Origin: Klebsormidium nitens
Lineage: Eukaryota > Plantae > Klebsormidiophyceae
Assembly: GCA_000708835.1 (NCBI GenBank)
Contig: DF237481.1
Span: 1 to 62,162, forward strand
DNA length: 62,162 nt
Reading direction: 5' to 3'
The notes beneath the pieces are model-generated. The model was not told the DNA's origin, did not search any database, and was given only the letters and a program-made list of their open reading frames with translations. This document shows, piece after piece, positions 25,201 to 36,200 of the stretch; position 1 is the first letter of the stretch; every line of letters starts with the position of its first letter. Position numbers and translations under genes: made by a program.

Positions 25201-28200
25201 CTAAGATTGGTTTCGTGCGGCTGCTTTGTTGGAGACTCAAAACCCAGGCTTGCGTGAAGAGGACGCTGAAGCAAGGTCAACAGAGAGGAGACGCTGAAGC
25301 AAGGTCAAAGGAGAGAAAACGCTTTGCAGCTGTGCTTACGTTTGAGCTTTCTTGCTTTGGAAGTGCAGATCCAGGGAATTTGCTGACAGAACTAATGGAA
25401 TTCGAAGGACTGGCAGGAATTGCTTTCTGGTTTGATGGATTGTACAGAGGTCAAGACAGCTTTCCGGTCTGTTGACTCGTTTGAGGTGAAAGGAGTTGAA
25501 AGACAACTATAGAGCCTAAGCGAAACGCTCACCTGGTAACGGTAGCTGAACGCGAACTTGACGGTGAAGGCGCACAGCCAGAAGAGCACGTACTTGCAGA
25601 CCGTGCTGAACTTCTCCTGCATGCCACGCCCGATGTAGGACCGCGGCTGCAGAGCACAAGAACGTCACCGTTAGAGAGGAACTCCATAATTGCAGTTGAA
25701 GGATTCGCAGCCTTGACAATCGAGCAGATTTTGCAAAATTGTTGCGGAATCTTGCGGAACCTTACGTGCCTAACGCCCGCTCCGACTTCTTTGTGAAGAC
25801 GAGAGCCTCAAGATAGAGCTGCTCAGAACCATGTAAAAAAAAGGAAAACCTTCTTTTCAGCCAGGCCACCGTTCCATTTCTAAATACTCAACTTATAATT
25901 TACCGAACTCTAAAGCACAATCCAAACAATGGATGCAATTAGCAACCTGACTCTGCCCTGAGTTGTCGTTTAAGAGCTTGTGCGAGATTTATCTTACCTT
26001 GGCCCACCACCAGATAGCGGTCAGCAAAATGTTGTCCGAGCTCTCCATGCGCCGCGCCATGCCGGGGGCAAGCGTCACGACGGCCGTCAGCAGAGTGGGC
26101 GCGAGGTACGCGGCGCACGCGAGGCGGTACAGGTTGATCATCTTGAGCTGGTCCGCATCCTTGGTGTTCCTGCATTCATGAGGGTACACGTTGACTTCAG
26201 ATTGGTTTGCAATTTTCGACCTGTTTGCATTTTCCTGATGTAGAACGAAATCTCAAAAGATGATCTTATCATTCTGTAAAAACGTCTTAGAGAAACTTGT
26301 GACGTTGGGAAACCAACTTCCTTCCGAAGTGTCGAAAGATAACTAGGATCTCATCCGTCCGAGTACAACGTCCATCCTCACGACCATTCGGCTTTCAGAT
26401 TGAGCACTTGAGCGTTCGGGCCAAGGAAGTAACTTTGACATTCTCTGCGTGCATTTTGCACATCACGCTCCTGTCCGGGATTCGCCAAACGGGAAAGAAG
26501 GAGAGCTCACATGAAGGTGTAGCCCAGGGCTCCCAACCAGGCGAATGACGCCACGAGCTTGAGCCACAGGCGGAGAAGCCACGTCTTGGGAACCCTCAAG
26601 AGGATGCCCCAGTGGGCCCAGATGTCTCCAATGGCTGCAACAGAAACGCAACAACGACATCTCAGAATCCAGGTCCATCAGAAAGAAAGCAAGAGTGCAG
26701 GAGCGATATCAGGAATTTATTGAGGTCAGCAGTCGTCAAAGACAAGGAGCCCCTGCAACGTCGGATGCACTGCGTCAAAGATCCGAACGTCATCTTCTTG
26801 ATGCTACTGTAGTTGTGAATTGACCAAGGGACCGCGCGCTAGGCCTCACCTTGGATGACCCGGAAAATGGCGGCCGTGATGAAGACGGTCAGGATCTTGT
26901 GGATGGTGCGGTTGTCGCCCAAGGGATACTCCCTGACGCCGATGAAGATCATTGCCTGCATCGACAAAAACAATTTGCCATAAGGTCATGACTAAGTGTA
27001 TAGTAGGGAGTACAGTGGGTTCTCCTTTGAAAAGCTCATCCGCTCTGATGGTTCTATCGACGCCTTGCTGCAAGCTTTTCACGTCCTCACACATCAGTCA
27101 AGCTCAGTCGTTGATATCAAGCAGCCTTCTCATTTCCTGAGATGTTTGTGCCTTCCTTCGCAGATCGAGAAAATTCTAGTGTATTCGAGCAAAAGCCTCA
27201 AGCTCTCGCTTCAAACTTTTGGTTGAGTTTGAGACGTCTCAGATAATCCAATCTGTGGCAAGTGGACTCAAAGATAGATGAACAGAATGGGTTTGAGAAT
27301 CAGGTCAGCTTGCAATCGTACACGCCCCGCTCACCTGGAACGCCATGACGTGGAAGATGACCAGCCGGTCAAACACCCTCACGATCTGGAACCAGGACCG
27401 CTTCTCGATGAACAGCTGCTTGCCGCAGTTGGCGTACACCTTCTGCAGGCGCGTCGGCACCACCTTCTTCGCGTTCAGTTCGGACAGCTCAGCGGGCTCG
27501 ACTGCGTCCGCCACCTTCTTCTTCTTCGACTTGGCGGAGATAGGGAGCGCGCTCATCGGGATCTGGCCCGAGAAGAAGGACTGCGCACGAGGGAAAAGGG
27601 CGGATTAGTATGTGAGTGCAAGCTTTTCTGCCGAAGCGATCAAAGCATGTGAGAAACTCTTTCAGCTTGGACAGGCTGGACACTTGGGGCAAAATTTTCC
27701 CGAAGGAAGGTGCTTTGAGCACAAGTTTAACAAACTTGGGGCAGAATTTCCCAAAGGAAGGTGCTTGCAGCACAGGTACAACGTTTCGGCAGACAAACAA
27801 TCCGGACGTTTTGCTTGCCTTTCTTGAACACGGCAAATGTAGACTAACATTGGTCAAAGAAAGCGGGTTCTTGTTGCAATCTCAAGATGACGTATGCTGA
27901 CGGACTCACGTCCTGGCTCTCAAAGGCTGCCTTGGGTTCCACCAAGGGCCAGCCCAGCTTGAAGCACTGGGACGTCCAGAAGAACTCGTTGAAGTCGTCG
28001 TAGTTGTTCCAGTTCTCGTTGGGGCAGTGGCCGGCGCTGTTCTTGAGCGCTGACGCCCGCACGATGTCGTACAGCGGCTGGATGACGTCACGCAGGAACA
28101 CGCGGCTGACGTTCGCGTCGGGTTTCTTCGTGCCCTTTACCACCTCAGCGCACTCTGCCGCCAGCTGCAGAGATTGAAATACTGTCAATGCGGGGAAGTT

Positions 28201-30904
28201 CTGGCGAGCCTAGTGGTGGGCTTCAGGAAACCTCTAAATCAAATAGAGACAAACCTTTGCGCTCGAAGCCTAGGTTCTGCAGATCGTTGCAGCCGTTTGC
28301 GCAGCTCGAATACTTTTGCAAAAGCCGCAGCTCAACGACCAAGCCACCTTTCAAAGGTCTGCTCAGACGGACACTGTCAGAGGAAGGATTCTTTGACAGG
28401 GAAGGATTCTCTGAGGAGTGAGAAAGTCTTGAAAGGATACTCACGAAGTGGAAAATGTAGGCGAGGCACTCAGGCATGAAGCGGATGTTGGCCGCCTCCC
28501 CCCAGATGGAGAGCCAGAGCGCGATCTGCACCGTCAGCAGCTGCGCATTCTCTGGCGTCGAGGGGGGCACGCTCGGCTTCTTTGTGTGGTACTTGCACCA
28601 GCCCCGGTAGTTCTCGAATACTCGGTCCGCAACTTGGATGATGGCAAGGGGGTCCAGCTGGAAAAAGAATCGTGCGGATCTTCAATTTCTAGGCTAGTAC
28701 GAGGACTTTTATGTACTGTGACACTGACGCCAACGGCATTTGTACACGCTGAAACAGGACGGCGATGCTGTGGGAGGAAGCTGGTTGTACTTGGAGAAAG
28801 CTCGTTGCATGACAGGCAACCTTCTGGTGGAACTTGGATTGCGCCAGCGATATGGTGCAAAGGTTTCGCAGAAAAGACAAAGCGGCTTCGAGTGAGAAAC
28901 GGAGCACCATAAGTGCAGAGGTGACTTAAGGGCAGACGCTGAAAGCCAAGAAGTCAGAGCAAAAGCCTGGACCAGATCCCACAGTGAGGCAAGACAGCTT
29001 GGTAGTGAAGACTTTTTGGAGGACTCCAGTCAGCTTTACAAAAGGAGCTTACCTCCGACTGGGTCTTTGGGCCGTCTTTCAACCTGAGGTGCGCAGCGGC
29101 TAGCTGCAGGATGACGGCCTCCCGCTGGTTCCTGATGTTATCAATCTGCAAAAGCAAGCAACTAGAAGCGTCAACATGCTGGTAAAAGAAATGCTTCTTG
29201 GCCCACATCATCAGCAAGATCTCTTGACAATCAAGCAACATATCCAGTTAAAGTGTAAGGAGGATGCTAAGGGCTGGCAAAGCTTGTGCTTGAGACAAGG
29301 TCAAAGAGGCTTGAAATGTCACCTGGAAGCCAAACAACGCTTGCAGAAAGTCGAAGTGATCCCACTCCGAGTTGAGCTTGCTCTCCACCGCCCCCGGGTA
29401 CTGCATGCCATTCGTGTTCCGGAGGGCCAGCATTGCCGCCTTGATCTGAAGAGGGTACAAAGAGCAAGCTGTCAGGATATGAGATAAGCAAGCCTCTCCA
29501 GGATTTGGCAAGGCTGGTTGACATAATTGACTCTCGTTCTCGCATGGCTAGCTGAATTGGAAGCTTGGTGGTGTCAACTGCACAGTCCTGTTTTCCTGCG
29601 TGTATCTTGCGCCATGAGGCTGGTCAGCTCACCTCAGGCAACATTTTGAAAGTCTCCTGCGATCCTGGTGCAAGCGGATCCAAGGGGAGGATGTTGAACG
29701 GTCGAAGGCTGGGGTCCCGGGCAGCAATCTTGTGTCCCATCTCGACAATCTGGAAAAAAGATACCAACGCGTTTAAAGTGGTGTGTTGTTCAAGCGTCAT
29801 TGCATAGCGTGCTCTCTGACTGCAACCATGTCAAAGGGGCAACAAGAAACAGAATCATCCTCAATAGAGAGGGTGTGGCCTTTTGAGGATGTGCGGTCTT
29901 ACCTCTGAAGGGACCCTCTGCCCAACTTCTTCCGCAACAGACGTGAGCACCTCAAAGAGCACACTTGTGGTGCCATGCAACTCACGGAGTTGAGCCCTGC
30001 AGAGATTGGACTGTCAACTTTCCAAGCACAAATGCTGAGCAGCTCATGCGCCTGCTTGGGCTGCTACAGCGCAAGTACATTCACAGCCTTTCAAAGGGAC
30101 CTGCTACATGAGTTGTTACCTGAGAGCATCTTTGTCTGCTGCTGACCAAAAGCAGCTTGCGAAGGAGCATCGAGGAAAATGCTTCTAAGTGGTACAGAAA
30201 TGGTGCCAGAAAGCCAGACTTTCAACCAGAAGCTGCAAAAACAAGCATTGTAGCGTGCACCTGTCCTTTGCTGAATGCTGCTGAAGTCCGTCAGCATGAA
30301 GGTTGCAGAGCTCTGCATACTCCATGATGAAGTGCTCCAGCTCCCCCTTATCTGAGTTCCTAACTCTTGCCTCCAATGTGGACCCCTCATCCTCATCGCA
30401 TCTGTTTTTTAGCGTCTGTTTGAATTGGACAACACCTCTTTCAATATTAGCTGGATCTGCTTTCTCTGCTTCCCGCAGAGCGTGCCTCCGGCCTGCAGGT
30501 ATGCAAATGCAGTCAAATCAGAGCTCAGATCTGCTACAACAACAATTGCTTGCAAAGTGCTGACTGACGAACAAGTCATATCTGATGAGCCTGTCCTAAC
30601 TTTCGCCACCTTTTCATGGCTGAAAGCACGCAAAGGTTCCGTTGCTCCCACATCTCTCAACCACTTTTGCTAACCAGCATGAAAACCCTCCCGCTAGAAC
30701 TTCCCGTCATCATAGATGCGACAGGTGTTTTGGACTTTTGAGCTTCTCAAACTCACATAGATATGCAACACGCGGCCTTTGCTCAGCAACATCCTCTGAG
30801 CATTTTAGGACAGGCGCCAAGTGCGCCAGCATGGGGGGGACATTCCATCCTGCCACAATTAGGACTGGCTCCCTGAAGTCGTCCCCGCCCCCTCCGTGCC
30901 CCAT
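13269..30904 (-). CDS. CALS: Callose synthase (1,3-beta-glucan synthase, GT48); 31 exons, ~1983 aa
   Basis: Exons 30757-30904, 30261-30492, 29903-29996, 29633-29749, 29323-29445, 29053-29145, 28445-28657, 27910-28164, 27335-27580, 26850-26955, 26511-26634, 25998-26169, 25533-25646, 24735-24947, 24175-24387, 23661-23842, 23051-23293, 22488-22709, 21827-22099, 21117-21415, 20559-20742, 19928-20168, 19200-19524, 18541-18770, 17793-17984, 16991-17239, 16633-16733, 16187-16289, 15625-15804, 14262-14480, 13269-13514; total 5952 nt, in frame. Motifs PRVAYLC (Vta1-like N-term), WGEAANIRFMPECL, EARRRIIWFTNSL, GEGKPENQNHA, HYGHPDIFDR, INVSEDVFAGFN, HHEYIQVGKGRDVG. The start codon is tentative; a probable 5' UTR exon lies near 32180-32300. 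Confidence 0.96.
14479..14715. repeat. ~113-bp tandem repeat containing three copies of the CalS exon-30 acceptor
   Basis: atctgcggcgaccagaaag at 14479 and 14592, atctgcagc at 14704; intervening aatccctcaattc..ttttcga..tctcctag..ggccagg is also repeated. Confidence 0.8.
15282..15468. repeat. Intronic ~72-bp tandem repeat followed by a 42-bp exact copy of the CalS exon-29 3' end plus donor
   Basis: accaccagaatt.ctggtctttcag..gtacacgaagaagaca appears twice (15282, 15353); cccgtaccttgcagaggcagaggaagatgaggatggcggcc at 15427 is identical to 15618. Confidence 0.9.
16578..16597. repeat. (GACC)5 microsatellite in a CalS intron
   Basis: gaccgaccgaccgaccgacc read directly. Confidence 0.9.
17316..17410. 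repeat. Intronic copy of the CalS exon-26 acceptor plus first ~28 codons (original 17152-17245)
   Basis: ggccgaagtagtgcatcttggtgccgat..gaggacagctggaactggagctggatgaa.tc.atgat.gcctgcgg is shared; 12 substitutions; the copy runs into a stop. Confidence 0.9.
18088..18240. repeat. Degenerate intronic copy of the CalS exon-25 acceptor plus first ~25 codons and upstream intron
   Basis: Copy translates LLTIVLYALLYSLLLLAMTRLEQKL versus LLIIVLYALLYSRLLLAMTGLEEEL; the flanking intron sequence (gg.ttaggaagcg..tcgattg..actc.aa) is also duplicated. Confidence 0.85.
25059..25126. repeat. Intronic copy of the CalS exon-14 acceptor plus exon 5' end (original 24885-24951)
   Basis: ccacgtctcgtagtggatgcacgtgtccca.agcggccgcgagtt.ccga(a)tcagcggcagcacctgg; 2 substitutions plus a 1-nt insertion. 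Confidence 0.92.
25262..25308. repeat. Intronic tandem repeat, 28-bp period
   Basis: gacgctgaagcaaggtcaa at 25262 and 25290. Confidence 0.85.
27682..27779. repeat. Intronic tandem repeat, 52-bp period
   Basis: acttggggca.aatt..ccc.aaggaaggtgctt..agcaca.gt at 27682 and 27734. Confidence 0.85.
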
Positions 30905-33296
30905 GGTGCGTGCTGGCCTCCCAGCGACACCTGCATGAGCATGATGTCAGCAAACTTCAGAAGCCGCAAAAGATCAGCACACAGCTGTTGGTTTCTTGAG
31001 CTTGAAACCTTTGCCTGTATTGAGAGTTAGGCACTGCGCATAGGTATGTAACAGCAAACAACTCTTCTGCCAGTGTGGTGTACGTTACCTTGTGACCAGG
31101 GCTTTGTGCACTTCTGAAGCAGCTTAATTCCACATATAAGATGCTGGACATGCTTCTGGAATGATATTAGTGCCTGGAGAATAGTAAAAAAGAGACAGCC
31201 ACTTCAGGATTGCTCCAAGCATGTGAAAATTTCTGATCAAGCTCACCTTATGGTCTGTCAACCAGTCAGCCCTCCATGCACTGCGGTGCAAGACAGAAGC
31301 CAACAAACGCTGGACACTTCTTCAATCTTCTCTCCAAGCTGCAGCAAACGCTTTCGCCTCACAGCTCTTTGCTCTCCTCCCTTCCTGTGCAAGTGAAGCA
31401 GCTGAGCAGAATTGCTGCGTGCTGGTTATCATTACAAGTGGATACCGCCAGCTGATTGCGCTTGCACTGCCTGATTTCTTCCAATCAGCAATGAATAGGT
31501 AGAGTGAGCAGATGGAGCTGCAGAATGGAGTACCTAGCTAGGTACTTTGATTCTGTGTACCGAGCAGCAGCCTCAACTTTTGATCAGATAGCCAGTGCTA
31601 CGTCCTATGTACCTAAAACTTAAAGTGAGCAGCGAAGACCGCTCTCAAACAGTACAACTTTCTGGACTGCCTCATCTTCCTTGCGTCACGCGCTACAAGG
31701 GCAGGTACACCGACCGTTGAAAGCTGCTGCCGGCTGGCTTGGAGCAGCAGTGTCAAGATGACGAGAACACCAAAGCAATGCATTTGCCTGGTGCCCAGTT
31801 GACACGTTTCTATAGACACTTCTTGGGAACTGATCAGCATGCATCTGCCTCTGAAAGAGGGACTGGGAACAGATTGTAGTGAATACTTCACCTTATGTAA
31901 ACAGTACCGGTAGACTCCGGTACCTAGTCCAAACATTGGAAGAGTACCTGCCAGGTTTCGCCCAGATATTACGGTCAAGTTGGAATCTACAGAAGCTTCG
32001 CGCGCGCCAGGAAGTTACTTTATCGAACGGCCCTCTATACCCCGATTATTGATCGACGGCTGGATTGTAATGTTTGCAGGTAAAGCATCGTATTGGTGCG
32101 GCCGGCCAACCGCGGCCGCACTCTGGAGCCAAGGCAGAACAACGGTCGGAAGGTCCGTCCCATAAGCTTGGTCATTCTTACTGTGCCGGCGGGCGGCCTG
32201 CCCGGCCGCCACTTCGGCCGCGAAGGCGAGGGTGGCGGCTCCGACAGGCCGCCATGGCGCTGGCCCGCGGGCAATACGGACTTACAGCTGTAGTACGTGA
32301 TTATGCTGATTCATCCGTCTACAATGTTCACGACTCTAAATATCTAGTTGCAATTAAAACTCCAGAGCAATCAATGATTGAATGATTGCCATGTCTGTTT
32401 GATGGAGTCAACCAAGTCAATTGACTACTGGGTTGAAGCGACGGAACCATCAGGTCTACGTTTTCTTCTCTCTCGACGATGGTCCGACGGATGCAGCCAG
32501 CAGCCTTTCTTGCCGGCATGTCCTAGCACTTGCCTGTGTGTAGCTTCGTATGCATGATGAGAGCAGCAGTATCATGCGGGTGTCCTCGACTTAATGCCGT
32601 CTTGTTCGTTTCTAGAAGAGCCCGCTTGCAGGCGACACCGTCATTGCTTGTGACGATATGAATTGAAGCAGGCAATGCAGATGACTCTAGCCAAGGGGGT
32701 AGGAGACGACTTTCAGTTGAGATACAATCTCGCGTCCCACGTGTTGCAGGCGCAAGTTTGAGGTCACAACATGGTGGCATGAGTTTTAATTACTCATCAG
32801 AGGCAGCCTACCCCAGCAAGTGTTCTACAATGTCAAACTTCTTTGGCACCCAAGCAAAGTCGTAGCACGTTTCAGGAGATTATTTTGCTTCCACACGTTT
32901 GCTATCCATGCAGTGCAGCAAAGGACGTCTGAAACCACTGCCACGGGGTACTCGAGTAGCGCCAAAGCCAGCAGGAGCTTGACGAAGCTACTGATCCGGT
33001 GTGGAGCTACTGGAAACGACGAAGCGGCCTTCCGTAATCGTTTCGAAGATTAGCCTGTACCGCCTCCAGTTCCTCAAACAGTATGTATCTGGACGATACG
33101 TAGCAAGGCGCTGAACTGTCATTCCGCTTTTGAATCTACTCGCCACCATCAAGTTCTCGGCAGTGGACGGGCTTCAAAAGTGAGAATCTCACTTGCGACC
33201 GAATTTGAACGTCAATTGCCCGCTGACGTCAGAGCTCTGATTCGCACTTCATTTGAGGCCGGTGGAAGCCCTCTACGCAGCTACATACAAAGAAAC

Positions 33297-36200
33297 ATGG
33301 GCCGGACTCCCAGTGAACGGCCCACTTCCGGAGCCGGCAAAAGGACTGCCGACGACAAGAGCGCCGCGCGGTGGTTCGATTGGCAGGGCCCCAGTAGCAG
33401 CCAGAACGGTAGGCCCCGCACTGCTGACGTCAGCAGAAACAGAGGTGGGAGCGTGCGGCTGACGGTGATGCAAGCAGCGGCAGCCCAAGCGGCGGCGGAG
33501 GCTCAGGTAAACGTTCTTGCCTTTGTCAGAGCCGTGAGAATTGTTAAACAGGTACGAGTCTCTTTGACTATGCAAGCGAGCTTTTGCTTCAGAACGACAG
33601 GACTCCAGCTGCGTCATGCGCTTGGGTTCTCATCGTGGTAAATGCGAAGCTTCATCAAGCAGCTGCTAGTCTGCATGGAGAACTTCTGCGTGAGTTCTGC
33701 GTACTGTTGCTTGAGGTACGTATGCCCGAGAAAAGCATCCGCAGTAACTCCTCCAATAGGATGGATGTTGCAAAACATCGTTCCCCGTTCACTTGTTTCA
33801 CTCAATTACATGATGGATGTATCTTAGCTCTTCCTTGCCTTTCAATGGATTCCTCGCTTGATGCGTCGTATTCGTATTCATTCTTTGCGTTCGACGTTAT
33901 ACCAGGCAGCTTAGTCGGAGGCTGATCCGAAAACCGGAGTCTGCAGCCCGCTTGCAGATTAATCACCTCGCCAGGGAGCTTGCTCGACGCACAGACATAA
34001 GCGGCTGCATTTGAGAATTCTTGTCTCTTACGTGCGCGGCTCTTTTGCACGGACCTTCTATCGAGAAAAGACGCGAATTTTCTCAGCTTAAACAAAGTGG
34101 GTCGTCTGGCTTATGGTACGCAAAAGCTGTTGCGCATGCATAAGAAGGGCCTGCATACAGAATACTCGTCCCTGAATGAAGATCTAAAAGAAGAGAGACG
34201 TCAATGCCAACATCTGTCGTTTGGACCCATCCTTGCTTGCAGGCGAACGCGGTGCGCAACGGGCTGCCCCACAAGGGCGCCACGTCACCCAAGTCTGGGC
34301 TGCACCCGGCGCTCCTTTCTAACGACCAGAACAACTACAAGCGGCGACACGGGCTGGACCTTCAGACAACAAAGTAAATTTCGGCGTCGATCCAATCCTT
34401 GAGAGACGCTCGGGTACCAACCGGTGGTGGGGTTTTTGGGACTAAATTACATGAGCGTGACGCTGTTTGAATGCCATAAGACGGCAGTAACTGGAGGTGG
34501 ACCTGATCAGCTCCCCAATCTTTTTATCCGAGGCAGATCGAAGCTGCCATTCTTAGATCTTTCAACTTAACAAACAGGCACAGTTCCGTCCACGCTTGTC
34601 CAGCTTCACGTAATGTCTGACGGGGCACACTCTGTTTAAGGTACTAAAAGACAAACCGTGGCTTTGTCCGGAGCTGAGCCGCCACTATCCTACCCGGTGC
34701 GCTGCTGCCGTCGCGTTTCCTTCAATTGCGGGATGTCTCGCTTACGTTGCTGACGTGTATTGTCACCTTTTTCCAGGGTCAGCCGCCAGTGGTCGCACTC
34801 GGGGCACTTCCCCGGGATGACGCTCTCGTACTGGGCGCGCCGGTGCAGCAAGCTGTGGGACTTGAAACCGGTTCTGTAAAAATCATATCTTGCCGGAATA
34901 TGCCGCCTGGCCCCTGTCCCGCACGCTTCTGACGTGTAATTGTCACCTTTTTCCAGGGTCAGCCGCCAATGGTCGCACTCGGGGCACTTCCCCGGGATGA
35001 CGCTCTCGTGCTGGGCGCGGGGCTGCAGCAAGCTGTGGGGCTGCGACCACGGGGTCGGGGACGAGGAACTAGATCGGCAGCTCGATCTGCCCGAGTGGGA
35101 GGGCCGCGGGAACGATCCGTCCGTTCCGGAGTGGCTCCGTTACGAAGGTCAGTGGGAGAAGCGGCGAGCTCCAGACTTGAAGCCCCAGAAACCATGGGGG
35201 CTGTAAGAAGGCGGATTTTGGCCGCTCCGCAACAAAGCGCTGCTTGTCAGCCTAATAAAATTTCGTCGCTGGGCAAACTTTGAAAAGTCGGACACTGTCA
35301 GGGCCATTCCAACGACGAAAGCCACCTTTCTGTCTCAAATGGATGTTGTCTAATAGAAAGATACAAAAATTACAGGAAACCAGATCAGCAAAGGAAGGGT
35401 AATCGACCCAGTCACGCGCTTCAGCATTACCAACACTCAGGCCCGATTTCCTCGCAACAGGAAATTGTTGAAGATTCTCAGGCCGTTTCCCGTGACAGTT
35501 CAACAACGAAATGTTGACAAATCCAACCCCGTTTTCCGAACCCATTCCCAAACCTCCCGCTGTAACCGCAGGCAAGATCGTAAACCGGAAGCTCTCCAAG
35601 CGCTTCGTCCTGGGGTTCTGCCACCACGTGTGGGACTACAAATATCCCCCGCCGTTGATCATCGAGATCAACGGCGTTCCGACGCCCGTGAAGCGCGAGC
35701 CGCGCCACGGGGGCCTCAGCCTGGCCTTCCACGAGTGCATGAAAACCACGTGAGCAAGCACATGCATCGATTCTGCTTTTCCTTTCGGACGGCGTCATCT
35801 CAGTGCGGTTGAGTTCTATGGTCGACCGAAGTGATCAAAAGCCAGAGTTAGGCGCCGGTGGCTCTCTTGTTGGGTTCCCACCTCCGAAGTCACCTCCGGA
35901 AAGTCACGTTTTTGTTGCGACCTTTTGAGCTCCCGGCCTCTAAGGAGCCCTCAGAAAACAGGCTTGCGTTTCGCGAAACCATTGCAGGAATCGCCGGGCT
36001 CGAACCTGCGACCATTACGTTAAAAGCCCAATGCTCTGCCAACTGAGCTACGCACCCGTACATTCAAAATATACGTCTTCGTTTGAATGTGTTAGGGTCA
36101 GGTGGATTGCTGCGGTTTTTCGCGAGAGCGTTGAGGAATATATTGCAGGACGCCTCCGTGGTTATGCAAGAGTCACTATAGAACACTCAATCAAGCATCC

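Noticed and set aside
30361-30420. Apparent frameshift in CalS exon 2
   Set aside because: Recounting the homopolymer (6 T on plus) keeps the frame open: QTLKNRCDEDEGSTLEARV.
34690-35031. Minus-strand ORF with a repeated CPECDHW (CxxC-like) motif
   Set aside because: It is the antisense shadow of the duplicated plus-strand TSNAXIP1-like acceptor and exon; the plus frame splices in phase with its neighbours.
35985-36057. Functional tRNA-Lys gene
   Set aside because: The acceptor stem has three mismatches, and only two of its four possible pairs are Watson-Crick; the anticodon and T stems each have a mismatch.
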